Positions 1 through 11,515 of a stretch of 64,000 bases of DNA are shown piece by piece. A model generated the notes under the pieces. The model searched no databases and was not told where the DNA came from. It saw only the letters and a program-made list of their open reading frames with translations. Position numbers and translations under genes: made by a program. Position 1 is the stretch's first letter. Every line of letters begins with the position of its first letter. Origin of the DNA: Raillietiella orientalis (taxonomy: Eukaryota); NCBI GenBank assembly GCA_036172245.1, contig JAYWIR010000023.1:2170001-2234000 (forward strand), read 5' to 3'.

Positions 1-1019
1 AATATCAGAAAACGTTACCGAACACTTGATAGTGACTCGAGGGACCTTCTCTGCGGTACAAACACTTTTCAGTTTACGAACCACGATGAAAGTAAAACAA
101 GAAATCAGTGGATGGCATCAGTCATTTTGCTTTCCAGAAGGTTTTCCAAATCATTCAGCATTTATTGACACCAATTGTACTTAGGCTGCTGAAACATTCA
201 AAAATTATTCAAAAAAGCTCTTCAAGTAATCCATTCTTAATTGAAATAGGAGAAGGAATTGTTCGTGCAAAAGCATTTCGGAACAGGCGTTGGAAAGTTG
301 GAATCAGAGCCTTCACGATGAAAGATCTGAGTCACGAAAAACTTATGTGGTCACTTTATTGGATACCTAAGTGCACAAAGCTTCTGAAGAAAGAAGAAAC
401 CGAAAAAGTCCTAAAGAACAAATGCAAGTCAACAAAAGACGGCAAAAGTCACGTAAGTGAACCTTTGATCAACTGAGGTATTGGCTCAGTTTTCTGAATA
501 CAAAATTATCGTTTTGATTATTTGGTGGGAAAACTAAGTATTCGAATGGTGATTATTAAATTATTTATATGGTGATTATTAAGTTAAAGTTTTGAGAACG
601 ACTCGAATAAGTGTTTCTAAATAGCACTACTAGAATTTAAGATATTCTTATTACAATGGAATTTCGTGATCTGGTAAATAAAAGCTTCATTAATAAAGTG
701 AATGATTTTATTTTGAAAATGAAAAGGCTGCAGATTTCAACAGTAGACCCACATTGTCTGTATGATTTGCTGCTCTTCCGGATAGTGGGCACATTAAAAC
801 CACTGCTACCAAGAAATTTTATCGCTAACTGCAGTCTTATTGTTTTAAGGCTTACTCTTCTGTTTCTTTTGTTCCAAGATAAAAATGGTGATTCTATCCA
901 TTTGGAAAAAAATTCGCAATAAATAACCACGTTTTCAAAAGAAGAAAAAGCCACTGGTTGTTTTGAAATTTAATTTTTGTTTAATCATCAAGACAGGAAG
1001 TTTCAAGAGTTTCCCATCA

Positions 1020-1480
1020 TCACTGGCATTATTTAGCTTCTAAAGCACAATCCACAGATTTTGAAAAATGAGATCTGGAATTTAGGTGGGAATTTTCAGT
1101 GTTTCAATTTACAGTACACAAAATAAAGACGAGGGTTTTGTACAGTTACTGCTGTAATCACCCTGAAAGTATGATCTCCACATTCTAAATCATGTTTGCT
1201 TTTATACATTTCTTACGTTGATCGTATAAAGCGGTTTACTGAAACACAATCTTCTCTCTGATTATGTGTCCTATCTGATAAATTCTCACTGATAGACTTT
1301 TTATTCCTACTGAAGTATCCACATGTTCGTGTTCCAACATGAATAGAATCTGCATTTCTGGAAACACTATCGTAGTCTATATGTTGGTAGATTTTGCTTG
1401 ATTTGAGCTTAAACAGCTAGATCTGCCATCACTAATAAGGGAAGAGATCTAGGATCAAGTGTTATCCGTACTCACTTCTA
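1020..1480 (-). mobile_element. Tc1/mariner-type DDE transposase remnant (pseudogenised)
   Basis: Minus-strand translation near 1030-1185 reads YFQGDYSSNCTK...IETLKIPT*IPDLIFQNLWIVL*K, resembling the Tc1 FQQDNAPxHT...WPxxSPDLNPIENLW motif. Upstream SDGR and CGYFS segments weakly resemble DG and VWGCFS. Several stops; boundaries approximate. Confidence 0.45.
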
Positions 1481-2092
1481 ATGTGCTACTTGAAAAGTGC
1501 TTCCCCACAAAAAGGATTCTAAACGTATCTAAGTACTCCTGCACTAAGCGTACTCTAAAAAATCTGCCTACGTGTTGTGTACAGTTACTGTGTACGTCAC
1601 CCGTTACATTTGCTTAACATTTCAAATGTGAAAGTTCACGTTATCTCTTTGTCATTCTAGGACGAATTTCTGTACTCTTTTTTCAGAGTTTACATTAATA
1701 TAGGCACATCATTTTAAGGTGGAGAGAAAACCCACTACACTATTCGTTTATGCATTGCCTGTGGATAGGGTTGCGGAAACATCTAAATTGGTGTAGTCAA
1801 CAGTGCTTGTTTATGAATGCAATGAATCGCTCTCATAAGAAATGGATTTAAGCAAAGCATAGAGGACTGCGTGCAAATATTTAATATCAGGTTCTTAAAA
1901 GAAAAAAAGGTAAGATTTTGTTCAAAAGGTAAATTTTGAATGATACATGGAGCTTATTATTAAATTTAATTAACAAAAAATATCTGTATGTGAAATTATT
2001 ATTGGTTGGTAGATGTGCATGATAGTTTTCTTATTTAGAATTGTATAAGGAAATGCAAATAATGCATAAATGACTTGTGTGCTTACAGAAAA

Positions 2093-3373
2093 ATGAAGAG
2101 CCTAACAAGTTTTTCCAATTTTTGCTCACTTGTGCATTCATCACTCAGCAGAGAGAACTTGATTCGCAAATCAGCAGGATTTACAAATAGTGCTCCTTAC
2201 AGTCTTACGGGTGCAACTTATGGTTATTGGAATAGTGCAAACAGACTCTCAGGTCCTCCATCTATTTTAAATTTATCTGGCAGTGAAAAACATAAATTAG
2301 TTGCAAAGTCCGTCAATTACAAAATACATGCAGCTAGATGGAATTCAATCGAAGCTAATAGACAACCAATACCAAGCTTACCTCAACTCACCAAGTTCCC
2401 AGAAATTTTGTGGCCTTCCCTGATAAAAACCTTGAAAAACTACATGCTGGAATATCTGATTATCAGACCTTATCTGGACAGCCATTTTCAAATAAAGGAT
2501 TTTGTCAGAGGTGCCAAGAAGGTAAGAATGATAGAATATGGAGGGAGTGATATGATATCAATGTCAATAATAATTCATAATGTTTTGTGAGTTTCCAATG
2601 AGTTCTGACTGCTTCATTTGCATTGTATAATTACCAAGTACTAATGGAATAGTTGTCAGATTTTTTTTAATGTAATATTGCTTACAATAAGCCCTTTTGT
2701 ATTTTTGAAACCTTTTAGAAGCAGAAAACTAAGTTGACCTAACTAGTTATGCACATTGCATATTATGCATTGGAAATTTTTGGTTTTTATGGGCTACTGG
2801 CTTAGGGGTATGCATATGCATGCTAAGCACATAGTCTGCTAACATGAGAAAATTCTGAGCATGAGAAAATCTTTAAGATATCTGTGATGATTTTGTTTCT
2901 TGGTGGAAAAATGATTATTATGCTTTCAGGCATTGGTTTGTGTGTCCCAACTACTATCTCGTGGACATTTGGATCACCTTACAAACCTACTGACTCCTGA
3001 TTGTCTTGCTGAGTTGCGTATGAACTTTAAAGCTTTGAGCCTCCAGCAGCAGCTCAATCTTGCAGTAGCTTGCAAAGACATCTGTCAATGCTTTCCTTAT
3101 GAACTAGGAATTATTCTTCCCAGAGCTAATGACAATAAGAACTTCCCAAAGTTTCTTGAAATCACCATGTGCTATCATGTGATCCCTGGATTGCGAAATA
3201 TGGAAACAGAGTTAACTCTTAGAACACTCCAAGAGATGATGCATCGTATCACCATTTGCAATTACCGTTTTATTCGGGAATACACAGAACATGTGAATGA
3301 TGAAGGATGGTTCATCAATAGGTTGAACCATTTCCAGCCATATACATTGGACAGCTTCCAGCCACCAAAGTGA
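2093..3373 (+). CDS. MAIP1: m-AAA protease-interacting protein 1 (MAIP1/C2orf47)-like mitochondrial protein, 2 exons
   Basis: Exon 1 2093-2521 (ATG...GGT GCC AAG AAG|gtaaga), intron 2522-2929 (..ttcag), exon 2 2930-3373 (GCA TTG GTT...TGA). The frame-0 join gives WPSLIKTLKNYMLEYLIIRPYLDSHFQIKDFVRGAKKALVCVSQLLSRG...ICNYRFIREYT...WFINRLNHF, typical of MAIP1. The N-terminus is Ser/Arg-rich like a mitochondrial presequence. Confidence 0.8.
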
Positions 3374-4929
3374 AATATATTTGGGGTATCATCTTTTGAG
3401 CATCCAAAGAAAAAATTTCTTTAGCAGGATTCTGAAGTGTAAATCATGTTATGCTTCAGCTGAAAATCAATGTGTCCAAATTGCCTAGTTCATCAATGTA
3501 AATGTTATGAAGACAAATCCTTAGGATCATAAATATTATCAACCATCAGCTGTAAGAACTTGTAAAGCAGTTGTAGTTCTCCAGAACTTTTCTTAGATGA
3601 AGATGCTGTTCATGATTATGAATTATATATTTCTAAACATTCATCAAAGTGGTCATTGACTCTGGAAATATGCTACATTTAATTATTTCATGCCACAAAA
3701 TTTTCCTTTACAAATTGCTAATTATAAGGTTTTTCATATGATATTCGAAAATCATTAGTCTCAGCTGTGCTGTTTAGACCTGTTTCTTTAAGTGTTCCCA
3801 ATTATTGAAAACTCCATTCTAGAGTATTGCTGATTCTCAAAATTGATGTTGACTTTAGCAGTACCAGAAAATAAGCATTTGTATTAAAAAATATTTATTT
3901 GTTTCAAACCTACACATATTGGATTTTATTGAAACTGGTTAAAGAAAGGCAAACTTCTGGTACATGAGACAGAAAGTGGAGCCCATAACCAGTTGGTTAA
4001 ATGAGGCATTTGAGCACTTGAGATAAGACATGGAAAAATATTTTGGAGTCAGATAGCAATCAAATATTCAATTATCATTTAGGTGTTTGCATGACTGTAC
4101 TAGTTTTCTATCGGAAAGCGACCCTTTGGCCATCCAGAGACTGAAGAGTCTCACAAATTCACTGCATGCTCAGCTTTTCAAGTGTTTCATACATTTTACC
4201 CATGTTACTTTTCAACCAGAAATTCGTGCTCATCAAAGATTTATACTCCGTGCAGTAAAATACGTAGAGGGATTGAATCATTCGTACGTTTTAACATCAT
4301 TGAAGCACAGAATGATTTAAGTATAGATGCATATCCACTTTTCAAGTAAGAGCTATTCTTTGGAAAATATTTGGTAATCAATAGCCCACCAAATAAATCA
4401 AAATTCTAAATTTGAAAATGAAAATCTGATCTGCATTGACACCTTAGATGATAGCACAGTAATAATAACAGTTTCCATGTTTACTATCTCTTATTATGCT
4501 CGTTTTAATCTTTAAATGTATGCAGTTTGGAAACACTTGATAAACCTCGCACAGCATCTAATAATTGCTTCACGTCAATGCATTTCTTCTAAAATTTAAA
4601 GAACATTCTTTCTTAAAACAGGCAACGAATTGTGCTTGGAATCTAAGCTTCTTATAAAAAAAATCGTTTTCCGTTCAACGGAAAAATACTATGCTTGAGA
4701 ATGTAAATACATTTAGAAACTGAAGTGAATCATCACATATTGGCCACATTCTTTTGAAACAAAGGTCCCTTCTTGATTCCACAGACAGCTGTAAAGTATT
4801 TCGAGATCGAAACAAAAGGGATCAAAAAGGGTGATAATAAAAGGCACCTTGGTAAAGAACGAGGGCCCGATGCAACAGAATCTATTGATTCCGACAGCGC
4901 TGTGCAGTTTCTTTGCGAACTTGCTCTAC

Positions 4930-7295
4930 CGCAAGAGGCTATTTGAAGGCTCATTTCTGCTGAAAGTCTGGGGCAGTTAGTCGAAATATTCATCATTCCA
5001 GAACAGCCGTGGGCTGTTCCCAGGAGGAGCATGAAAGCGAACCTGTTCCGCGCCAGCTCGTGGCTTCATTTGCAAAGGTGAGCACCAGTGGGCTGCAGGA
5101 ATCCCGGATTCTAGCTAGCCGAGGAACGGGAGACTAGTTTGGAAGGAGGTGCGCCGGAAGGCTCTCGTGTCGCAGTTGGCTTACAAAAGGCATTAGACAG
5201 GGTCGACCAGGAGCTCATTCTGGATCTCCTAATGTAGGATTCTCAGTGGTCTTCCGAGTCTACCTGCGCTCCAGCTGGCTCCACGTGCTCATTGGCATCT
5301 TTTTCAACGGCCAGCACGTGTCTGAAGTGCTGGTGCTGCGCGGAAGACAGCGGGGTGACAGTCTGAGTTCCCTGTTCTTTAGCACCTCTTTCGAATGGGT
5401 GCTGAGAACATACAGGGCGACATTGGCTGCCCTGCCGAGCTCGTGCCCCGGCACACCGGCCGTGTCGGCGTATGCCGACGATCTTCTGCTCCTGCTGCCC
5501 ATGTCCGCCTCGGCTTCGGTAGTCGAGGATTTCTTCGAATTGCTGAGCCGCGGGACAGAACTACGGGTGAACAGGTCGAAGTCGTCGGTGGTAGCGGTTG
5601 GTGCCACGTGCACAGGACGACCTGACTGGATCGCCTGGGGATCCCCACGGAGAAGTACTTAAAGTACCTTGGCGTTCCGTTGGGAGACTTCTGCCAGTCA
5701 GAAGCATGGTCAGGTCGTCTCCAGAAAGTGGAGTCGGCGATCGGCCCGTTCCTGGAAGGCAAGTTTCACTTGCCGGAACGGGCTGCGGTGTGGAACGCGT
5801 TCGCGCCCCCCTCCCCTCCTTCGCTCCCTGCTTTTTGTTTGCCCCGTACCCCGCGAGATGAAGAAGAGAACCAAGGACCTCCTGCTCATCGCCCTGTGGG
5901 GCAGCGGAAGGCCTCGTGTGCCTCTGCAGGACTTGTGTGCTCCACGTCGGGATGGCGGCCTCGGCCTCCTGACGCTGGAGCGGATGGAAATTCTGCTGCG
6001 ATACCGAACCTTGGCCATCGCGGCGAAGTACTGGAGCACCCATTGGTGCGTTCTGGCCCGTCTCCTCACCAGAAGTGTATCCAGAGCGGGAGGGCTCTCC
6101 TCTTTTCTTCTGCCCCGGCCGGAAAATAAGAAGATGCGGCCTTCTCCTCGGATGCATGGCCACCCTGGCCGAGGAGAACGGCTGGATGACCTGCAGCCAC
6201 TCCAACTCCAGCGCATGGCTGGAAGAAACAGTTAGCACGTGGACGAAGCTGAACCAGAAAAGTGGTGAATCCTGGAACCCGCCTGCGACCCGGTATTTAC
6301 ACCCGCTTCACGCTGCGGAACATTCTCGAGTGTCCCGCCAGAAGCACGTTGGCGGAGGCGACCCCACTGACCACGGCGCTGCCCTTCTTGAGGAGGGCGC
6401 TCGGCAGCAGCCGAACGCCGAGGTGGCAAGGCTCCTGCCGGATAGCGCGCAAGGAGAAGCTGTTAAGCGGTTGGACCATGAGGGAACTGGCTGACGCCGC
6501 AACCCCAAGCGTTCTCCCGCGAGGAATTCAGAGATAGGGCGAGCTGCTGGGCATCCTGCTGGATGAACTTAAGTGGCCTCCGGCATTTAGAGACACACCC
6601 ACCCTCCCCCTCAAGTGGCAGGAATCGGCGCTGCTGCTGTTGCACTGGAGTCTTCCCTGCAACGCGCGCCGCCACCACTGGACGTTGAGGAAGGTGGGAC
6701 AGAAGTGTGCAGTGTGCGGGGAGAAGTCCACAAGTCGGGGGGCAGCCAGTCCACCTGTTAGTAGACTGCGCTGCCCTCCAGCCTTTGTGGGAACCGTTTT
6801 GCTACGACCCTCCGGATGCCGGTCGGCAGTCCCCCCAGAGACGTTGGGAGACTCCTCTTCGTGCGAGACGCCCTGCCACCAGCCTCAACCCTGGCAGCGC
6901 TCTGCTGCCTCCGAGGGATTGTGGCTGCGTGGAGCGCAGCAAACAGAGGAAGCAGCGATAGGGATCTCATCGCACACGCGGGTCGCTACCTGCGAATCGC
7001 GATCGGCTGGTCCCATCTGGGAGCTATGACGAGGGACCTCGAGGGCATCCTGGAAAGGATGGTCTCTTCCTCCAGCGGACAGTGATCCCTTCCCAGCCCT
7101 CCAAATAGTTTCTTTTTTTTGTTTGTTTCATTTATTTTTCTTTTTGTTTTTTCCTCCATCCCCCTCCGCTGCCGAGGAGTGTCGAGCCGGTCTGCATACC
7201 GGCTTCCCGGCAGGCCCCATGAACTATTGGCCGTAGAGGGGTCTAGTACCGTAAATATACTGTGTTTAGAAATAAACGCCCCGGCGTGACCTGGT
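4930..7295 (+). mobile_element. L1/Tx1-like non-LTR retrotransposon, 5'-truncated and frameshifted ORF2 (RT + C-terminal Zn region) with 3' UTR (copy A)
   Basis: Successive RT motifs: IIPEQPWAVPRRSMKAN (about 4990), QKALDRVDQ (about 5185), RGRQRGDSLSSLFF, SAYADDL (about 5470), VNRSKS, KYLGVP, LCAPRRDGGLGL. Then CAVCGE..HLLVDC and a C-terminus WSHLGAMTRDLEGILERM...TGA at 7083-7085. T-rich 3' UTR, AATAAA near 7270. GC-rich island in an AT-rich context. Confidence 0.9.
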
Positions 7296-7329
7296 AGGAA
7301 CTCTCTCGGGTCCAATGGTGCGTGCTTTG

Positions 7330-7485
7330 CTTGAGAAACCCCAATGCAAAACCAGCAATGCCGACTACTGCCACTCTAAAGGAATGACGGTCCATAAGTA
7401 TAACCGGCAACGTAGTAGGACGAGGACTCTACCATTGACGTTTTGCATGCTCATTTCCCAATAAACGCCCCGGTGCAGCCGGTTG
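7330..7485 (+). mobile_element. Second 3'-UTR-only copy (A') of the same LINE family, directly downstream of copy A
   Basis: GCAACGTAGTAGGA...ACCATTGACG...AATAAACGCCCCGGTGCAGCCGG matches the 3' ends at about 7230-7295 and 39250-39335. Confidence 0.65.
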
Positions 7486-7489
7486 ATGA

Positions 7490-8480
7490 AGTCGTTGCTG
7501 GTGGCTGCAGGTGGTTTGCACAATAGTTGTTCTCTATTCCATTCTGGGATTTTGCTTGCATGCTTTGCCTTATTTTAGTTTTGGGGTCAGCACTATCCAG
7601 AGTGTTCTTCAGAGGGCATATCAACTTTGTGTGGCTCATCTTCTGACACTTGTGGCATTGTATTTCGGGGCACCTCCTCTTGAGGTGTTTCGTGTTGTCA
7701 CACAGTAAGCACAGATTTTCGACTTGCCCACATACCTTGAATTGACGTTTTTGCAGGCAGCTTGTAGTCGGTGAGGCAGCCTTGTCCCTTCGTTCACAGT
7801 TATGCGTGCTGCGGCTAGCCCATTCAACAGCTCTTCGAATCCGGTGAAAGGATTGAGTTACTTCTACAGAGCGTTTACTGTGTGACAACTCATTCGCATA
7901 GGTGATGCATGTCTTTAGTCGTATGCGTTCTTATTCCTTTGAAGCGAACCACTAATGAGCGGTCTTCCGTCACCAGGAAGAGCCTGCAGCCTCGATTGTA
8001 ATTGGACTTTCAAGAGTCGTTGAGCGACCGCGTCTATGTAGGCTATCTGTACCACCTAATTACTACCTAAAATCGAACGCCTTTCCATCTCTTTCCTCTC
8101 TACGTTCAGCTTGAGTCATTTTTCCGATAAAGAGAATACCACGGATCACAAGGACGACCTGCCTTCAATCGTAAGGTCGGGTTGCATTCATGAGCTACGT
8201 AGTCTAAATGTGTTTAGACCCCCGATTTCAGTCCGGGCTGCCGGGGATTCCCTCATAGCCACCTGGCTTCATGGCCTTCCGTCTTGGGAGAATGATTCGT
8301 TGAAGGACGCACCCTCCACTTGGCTCTGGGAGAAGCTTCCCAGACTCCTCCTTGGGCATTTATAGCAGTGTCTCCTAGCACACATACCGTGTCTTTCGAA
8401 CGTCCGGATACTTATATCGCTGCTAGATCTATTTAATGTTGCATCGATCTCTCCAGACACAAGCATCCTTCCATCCATCC
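7490..8480 (-). mobile_element. Retroelement gag/ORF1-like remnant with tandem CCHC zinc knuckles
   Basis: ORF 7451-7888 contains CLLCDNTKHLKRRC and CHKCQKMSHTKLIC (two C-X2-C-X4-H-X4-C). The upstream sequence is broken by stops, and the upstream limit is approximate. Confidence 0.65.
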
Positions 8481-8779
8481 TCATCGATTAATGATGTTTG
8501 CATCTCACCCACCCCGACCCCCCCACCCCTTTTTTTTAGGACCGTTCGTAATAGATTTTGTACTACTACCGAGTCCGGAGAGGTTAACAGTTTGAAGCAA
8601 CTGTAAGCTGTGAAGTTATCGACTTCCTCGGTTCAAGTGAGTAGACAGATATTCTGTGATTGTGTCTCAGCATCTGCATACTCATTTGACACTGTTGGTT
8701 AAATTGACGCACGTATGGATGAGTTATCCGATGTTATTATCCAGGATATATTTTTGAATATTCCAGATGAATCTGCTAT

Positions 8780-10389
8780 TGCTTGGTTGCCGAGTGCCAT
8801 AGTTCCGAAAATAGAATTCATCATGTACTGAGAAAGTTCCATTGATTGAATGTTGGACATAATACGAAAATGAAATACATGCATAGCGAATTATGGAAAA
8901 ATAATGCTGACAGTTTAAAATATTGAAGAAAAAAAACAAGCAAAAAATAAGAAAAAACAGAAAGGAAAAATTCTGCATGTGAAAGGGCGTGTTACAGAAA
9001 TAGATTGTGCTCAGTTGCACGGAGGTAGTCCATACAAGCTGGCCGATTGTCCCAATCATTAACTCTATTTTAAAGTCTTTTATCGCAATGAATAAATGCT
9101 TTTTTTTTTCTTTCAGGGCATGCTCTCCTTGAAGAACAAATTCAGATTCATTTTCTACGTGGAGTTGCTCTTTTTGAAATCCTTCTATGATTTGATGTGC
9201 ACCGACATGAACATTCCCCATTACGTTTTTCCCATATCCTGCGCCATGCTTCGATGGTATTTTAGGTAAGGGGAAATCCACCGCATATACACTCGTATAC
9301 GGACCACAAATATGGCAGAAACAATTCTGGTGACTGGGCAGTAACATCGTTGCGTGTCTGACCCTTCCGTGCACATAATTATTTTCCAACGAGTTAGTAA
9401 CTTTTCTGTCTGCAGGCAAATGAGCCTTTAATTCATTGAAACCTGGAATTTCATTAGACGGAAGGAAGTCAAAATAACGCATTTCTGAACTGAAATTTTC
9501 TGTCGTTGCCATGTCGTTTGGCCAATCCACTCTTTCGAATTTCCGCCCAACACGTTGGGCTGAATGGGAAAAACAAAGTCCATGGGTAACACTTCGAAAT
9601 TCATCTTTCGAATTTCCGCATCTAATTCCAAATCTCATTATGGTTTGGGGATTCAGCTGGAATTCATTTTCTACTGCAAGTCCACCGAGTCTTCAAATAA
9701 GCGTTTATAATGTGATTCACTTTGTAAACGCTTGTTTATAGGTCTCTGGGTTTGTTGAATGCTTTTTATTGTCTGACGAATAGCTTTTTTGGAAGACAAG
9801 CACAGCGTTTCTTGTGAAGGGACAGAAGTATACGATTGGATAGCTTGGAGGGATATTATATCCTTCGCCTACGTTTTCACTTGATTGATATTTCGAAACA
9901 CTCGCTGCACTTGCATTTGGAGAGTGGTTATGATCCACAAACTTTGTATGTTGTCTCCATTTGTAAGTGTGGCTATCGCTTGACCATTTTGATTGAACAA
10001 TTTTCTTCTTTCGGGGCGCCAACAGTTGATAGCTTTTAAACTTTTATCCTTCACCATTAAGCGACGTCGTACACTTATCATATAGCGTTCTTGCAAGGGA
10101 GCCATTTCACACATGTATTCAGCTGTGTTGTATGAAATACAGTAAAAAGAAATTATAAGAGCCTTAATATAGTATCAAGCAAAGAACATTTAGGAACAAG
10201 CAGAGCACCTGCCAATTACCAATTCGGCTTTCTATCCCCCTTTTGTAGCCGTTTTTTTTCTCTGTGGATATTGCGGTCTTCGGGATAATGAAATTAAGAA
10301 TTGTGATTTTCGGGCGTTTAGACAGGGGATCTGGATCCATCGGGATTTCAACATTCAGGATCGTGTCTTTCCGAATCATGATCGACACC
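8780..10389 (-). mobile_element. Mutator-like (MULE-MuDR, Ricksha-like) DNA transposon with degenerate FLYWCH-MULE transposase
   Basis: FLYWCH-like LMVKDKSLKAINCWRPERRK and KFVDHNHSPNAS (10114-9900). MULE core CFSHSAQRVGRKFE and LENNYVHGRVR; C-terminal HVGAHQIIEGFQKEQLHVENE. The terminus on the minus strand from 10389 (GGTGTCGATCATGATTCGGAAAGACACGATCCTGAATGTTGAAATCCCG) resembles the Ricksha-type TIR as I recall it. A weak partner lies near 8787-8820. Confidence 0.8.
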
Positions 10390-10450
10390 GGAATTCGCTA
10401 AATGCAAGTATCTCGAGCTTTTGGTTTCTGATAAACTGGCAAATGCAAGT

Positions 10451-11513
10451 TATGACTTCCTTGTAAAACTCCTCTAATTTTCACTTGATTTGACTTAAAT
10501 GACCTCAATAATAATTTACTAATCCAGTAAGGTGATATGACTATTTAAATTGAGAAGTTTGCTAACATGCGACAGGAAGCAGAAATGTGCTCTGTGCATT
10601 AACTTTCTGTACGTAGGAAACACTGTACGTGGAAACTATGGGAACGCGTTTACAAATGAATATAGTAAACATCGTAGATTCCAGCAAATCCTCTCCTGAG
10701 TCGGCTTGTGAATTCTTGATCGCGTGATGCATTTCACTCGCGATGTTTCTGATCATATAAGAACACTCACGTTAGTAACTTCACAGCAGTCAAGAACTTT
10801 CTCCTCTGTTGAAGCTTTACTGAGTATGCGCCTATTTACTTATTTATTTTTTATTAATAAACAGAAATATCTAATTGTGATGTTGTGTTTAAGTAAAACT
10901 GAAAAAATCAAGTGAAAATATAAAGTGTGATCCTGTTGAAGGATAAAAAGCAATAAAAAAACGTCTAGTTAATCGTGGTCATTTGTTTTAATGAGCCTCC
11001 TGATTGCATTTTGTGACTTCAGTTTTGGAAACTAATGGATGCTAAATTGAAAGACTTATTTCTGCGGCCTTGGCTGATGTCGTTTCCTTTAGAACTCATC
11101 GGTTTTATGTTTTCAAAACAGTTTTGTTACAAGCAACCTCTTGGAAGCTGTGTACTTTTTGGTTTTACTTGAAAAAGTAGTCAGGGCACATTTTAGTGAT
11201 TGGTCTTACAATCTACTCTGCTCTGCAAGTTCAAAACGCAGTAAAGTTGTTTACACATGCCTGCATGTTTTCTAACGCCACTTCCGCCTTGCAACAATTT
11301 CTTCATTCCTCATCCATTCCTTCATGCCCAGCAGATTTTGGGTCTTCGACCATGGCAATTTTAAGATTCTACAATTACTCAAACTCACTTATGTCAACAT
11401 TACATAAAAACTTTTTATTGTCACTTAAAACTCATATCACCTTACTGGATTAGTAAATTATTATTTAAGTAAAATTAATTGAAAATTAGAGGCATTTTAC
11501 AAGGAAGTGATAA
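10451..11513. repeat. Inverted repeat pair, about 85-90 bp arms (10451-10540 and 11432-11513)
   Basis: AATAATAATTTACTAATCCAGTAAGGTGATATGA at 10507-10540 is the exact reverse complement of 11432-11465 (34 bp). The imperfect match extends outward through ACTTCCTTGTAAAA..CCTCTAATTTTCA. Confidence 0.9.
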
Positions 11514-11515
11514 TG

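Noticed and set aside
108..954. Short ORFs at the window start
   Set aside because: No recognisable motif or splice-consistent gene model.
1449..1464. U2 snRNA-like word CTAGGATCAAGTGT
   Set aside because: Too short, and the flanks do not match U2.
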